From Octopus sinensis (Eukaryota): 64,000 bases of DNA. Shown in pieces: positions 62,805-64,000 of the stretch. The translations under genes were made by a program, and so were the position numbers. Positions within the stretch are counted from its first letter, which is position 1; each line of letters starts with the position of its first letter. A model generated the notes under the pieces. It was not told the DNA's origin, did not search any database, and saw nothing but the letters and a program-made list of their open reading frames with translations. The stretch lies in contig NC_042997.1 in the NCBI RefSeq assembly GCF_006345805.1, positions 110,670,001-110,734,000 on the forward strand, read 5' to 3'.

Positions 62805-63409
62805 GATATATATAGAGAGAGAGAGAGGAAAAGAAAAGAAAATGTTTGTCCCCACCACCACCACTTGGCAACCGGTGCTGGTGTGTTTATGTCCTTATAA
62901 CTTTGCAGTTCAGCAAAAGAGACCAATAAAATAAACACTTCACAAAAAAATAAATACTGGGGTCAACTCTTTTGATTAAAATCCCTTAAGGTGGAGCTCC
63001 AACATGGCCAAAGTCTAATGACTGAAACAAGAAAAAGATAAGATCTACATTTAGTATGATACACAGATTGTAATTTTGGATTAGATTTATTGGTAATTCC
63101 AGACTCCTTTAGCTCTGATCTTCAGCCTTGTCTTCTATGTTGTCATTAATTAGTCTGCAGATTCTTTAATGCCTCTTTGCAATGTTGTTTGAGCATCTTT
63201 ACCAATGAGGTACTGTTCCTGTTGAAATGGTAATGATTCCAGTAATGAAGGTGAACCAATAATTGGTTAGCGTGAAAAAATAATATAATTGGCAAATTTC
63301 CAATATTTTTGTGGGCATTTCTAGAGAAAAACTGAAGGAAACTAAACAGGTTCAGAGATTTGGAATTATTCTGCAAGGATATCATGTATGAAATATAATA
63401 TTCCAATAT

Positions 63410-63990
63410 CCTGTTGTGGGTGTGTGTGTGCTTATGTATAGTTATATGTGTCTGTCTGTGTGTATATGTTGTTTCTGTGTTTGTTTTTGGATATGAGTGT
63501 ACATGTGTGTGTGTACATGTGTGCATGTATATGTGTGTGTGTGTGTGTACATGTGTGCATGTATATGTGTGTGTGTGTATGTATATGCGTGTGTGTGTGT
63601 GTACATGTGTGCGTGTATGTGTGTACATGTGTGCATGTATGTGTGTGTGTGTGTACATGTGTGCATGTATGTGTGTGTGTACATGTGTGCATGCATGTAT
63701 GTGTGTGTGTGTACATGTGTGCATGTATACGTATGTGTGTATGTACATGTGTGCATGTATACGTATGTGTGTGTGTGTGTGTACATGTGTGCATGCATAT
63801 GTATACATGTGCATGCATATGTATACGTGTGCATGCATATGTATACGTGTGCATGCATATGTATACATGTGTGTGTGCACATGTACATGTGTGCATGTAT
63901 ACGTATGTGTATGCATGCACATATCTATACATGTCTGTTCACACGTGTGTGCATGTATATATATATATATGTGTGTGTATGAATGTGTCT
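63410..63990. repeat. Compound alternating purine-pyrimidine microsatellite (TG/TA/CA)
   Basis: Read directly; explains five overlapping low-complexity ORFs. Confidence 0.95.
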
Positions 63991-64000
63991 ATATGATAGA

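Noticed and set aside
63146-63996. Five His/Cys/Thr-rich ORFs
   Set aside because: Translations of a TG/CA/TA microsatellite.

Overview
AT-rich, repeat-dense animal genomic DNA. The SINE/RTE repeat repertoire looks like an octopus genome (inference, not verified). Only one host coding exon is recognisable: a 130-bp VAT1L-like (MDR family) exon at 49476-49605, so most of the window is probably intron. The main feature is a young 5.09-kb Penelope-like element (PLE; 25469-30559, +) inserted in a (TA)n microsatellite. It has near-identical ~820-bp direct pseudo-LTRs, a long basic N-terminal ORF, and an RT + C-terminal GIY-YIG ORF joined to it through short frameshifted linkers. Each pseudo-LTR carries a CCAAT/TATA promoter-like block and a variant minimal hammerhead ribozyme (core CCGAAGA, palindromic AGUACU stem III). 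Separately, five loci carry a ~270-bp non-coding element that fuses a tRNA-like Pol III head to a minimal hammerhead; four of them have the inverted 5' partial copy typical of PLE integration. Three further hammerhead-like motifs occur at ~12.5, ~36.1 and ~56.6 kb, each with its own palindrome. Other content: RTE LINE 3' fragments, a CR1-like RT relic, a decayed full-length mariner, a Helitron fragment, hAT and piggyBac-like MITEs, tRNA-derived SINEs, long hairpins and mini/microsatellites. All structures were read by eye; ribozyme activity and family names are untested.
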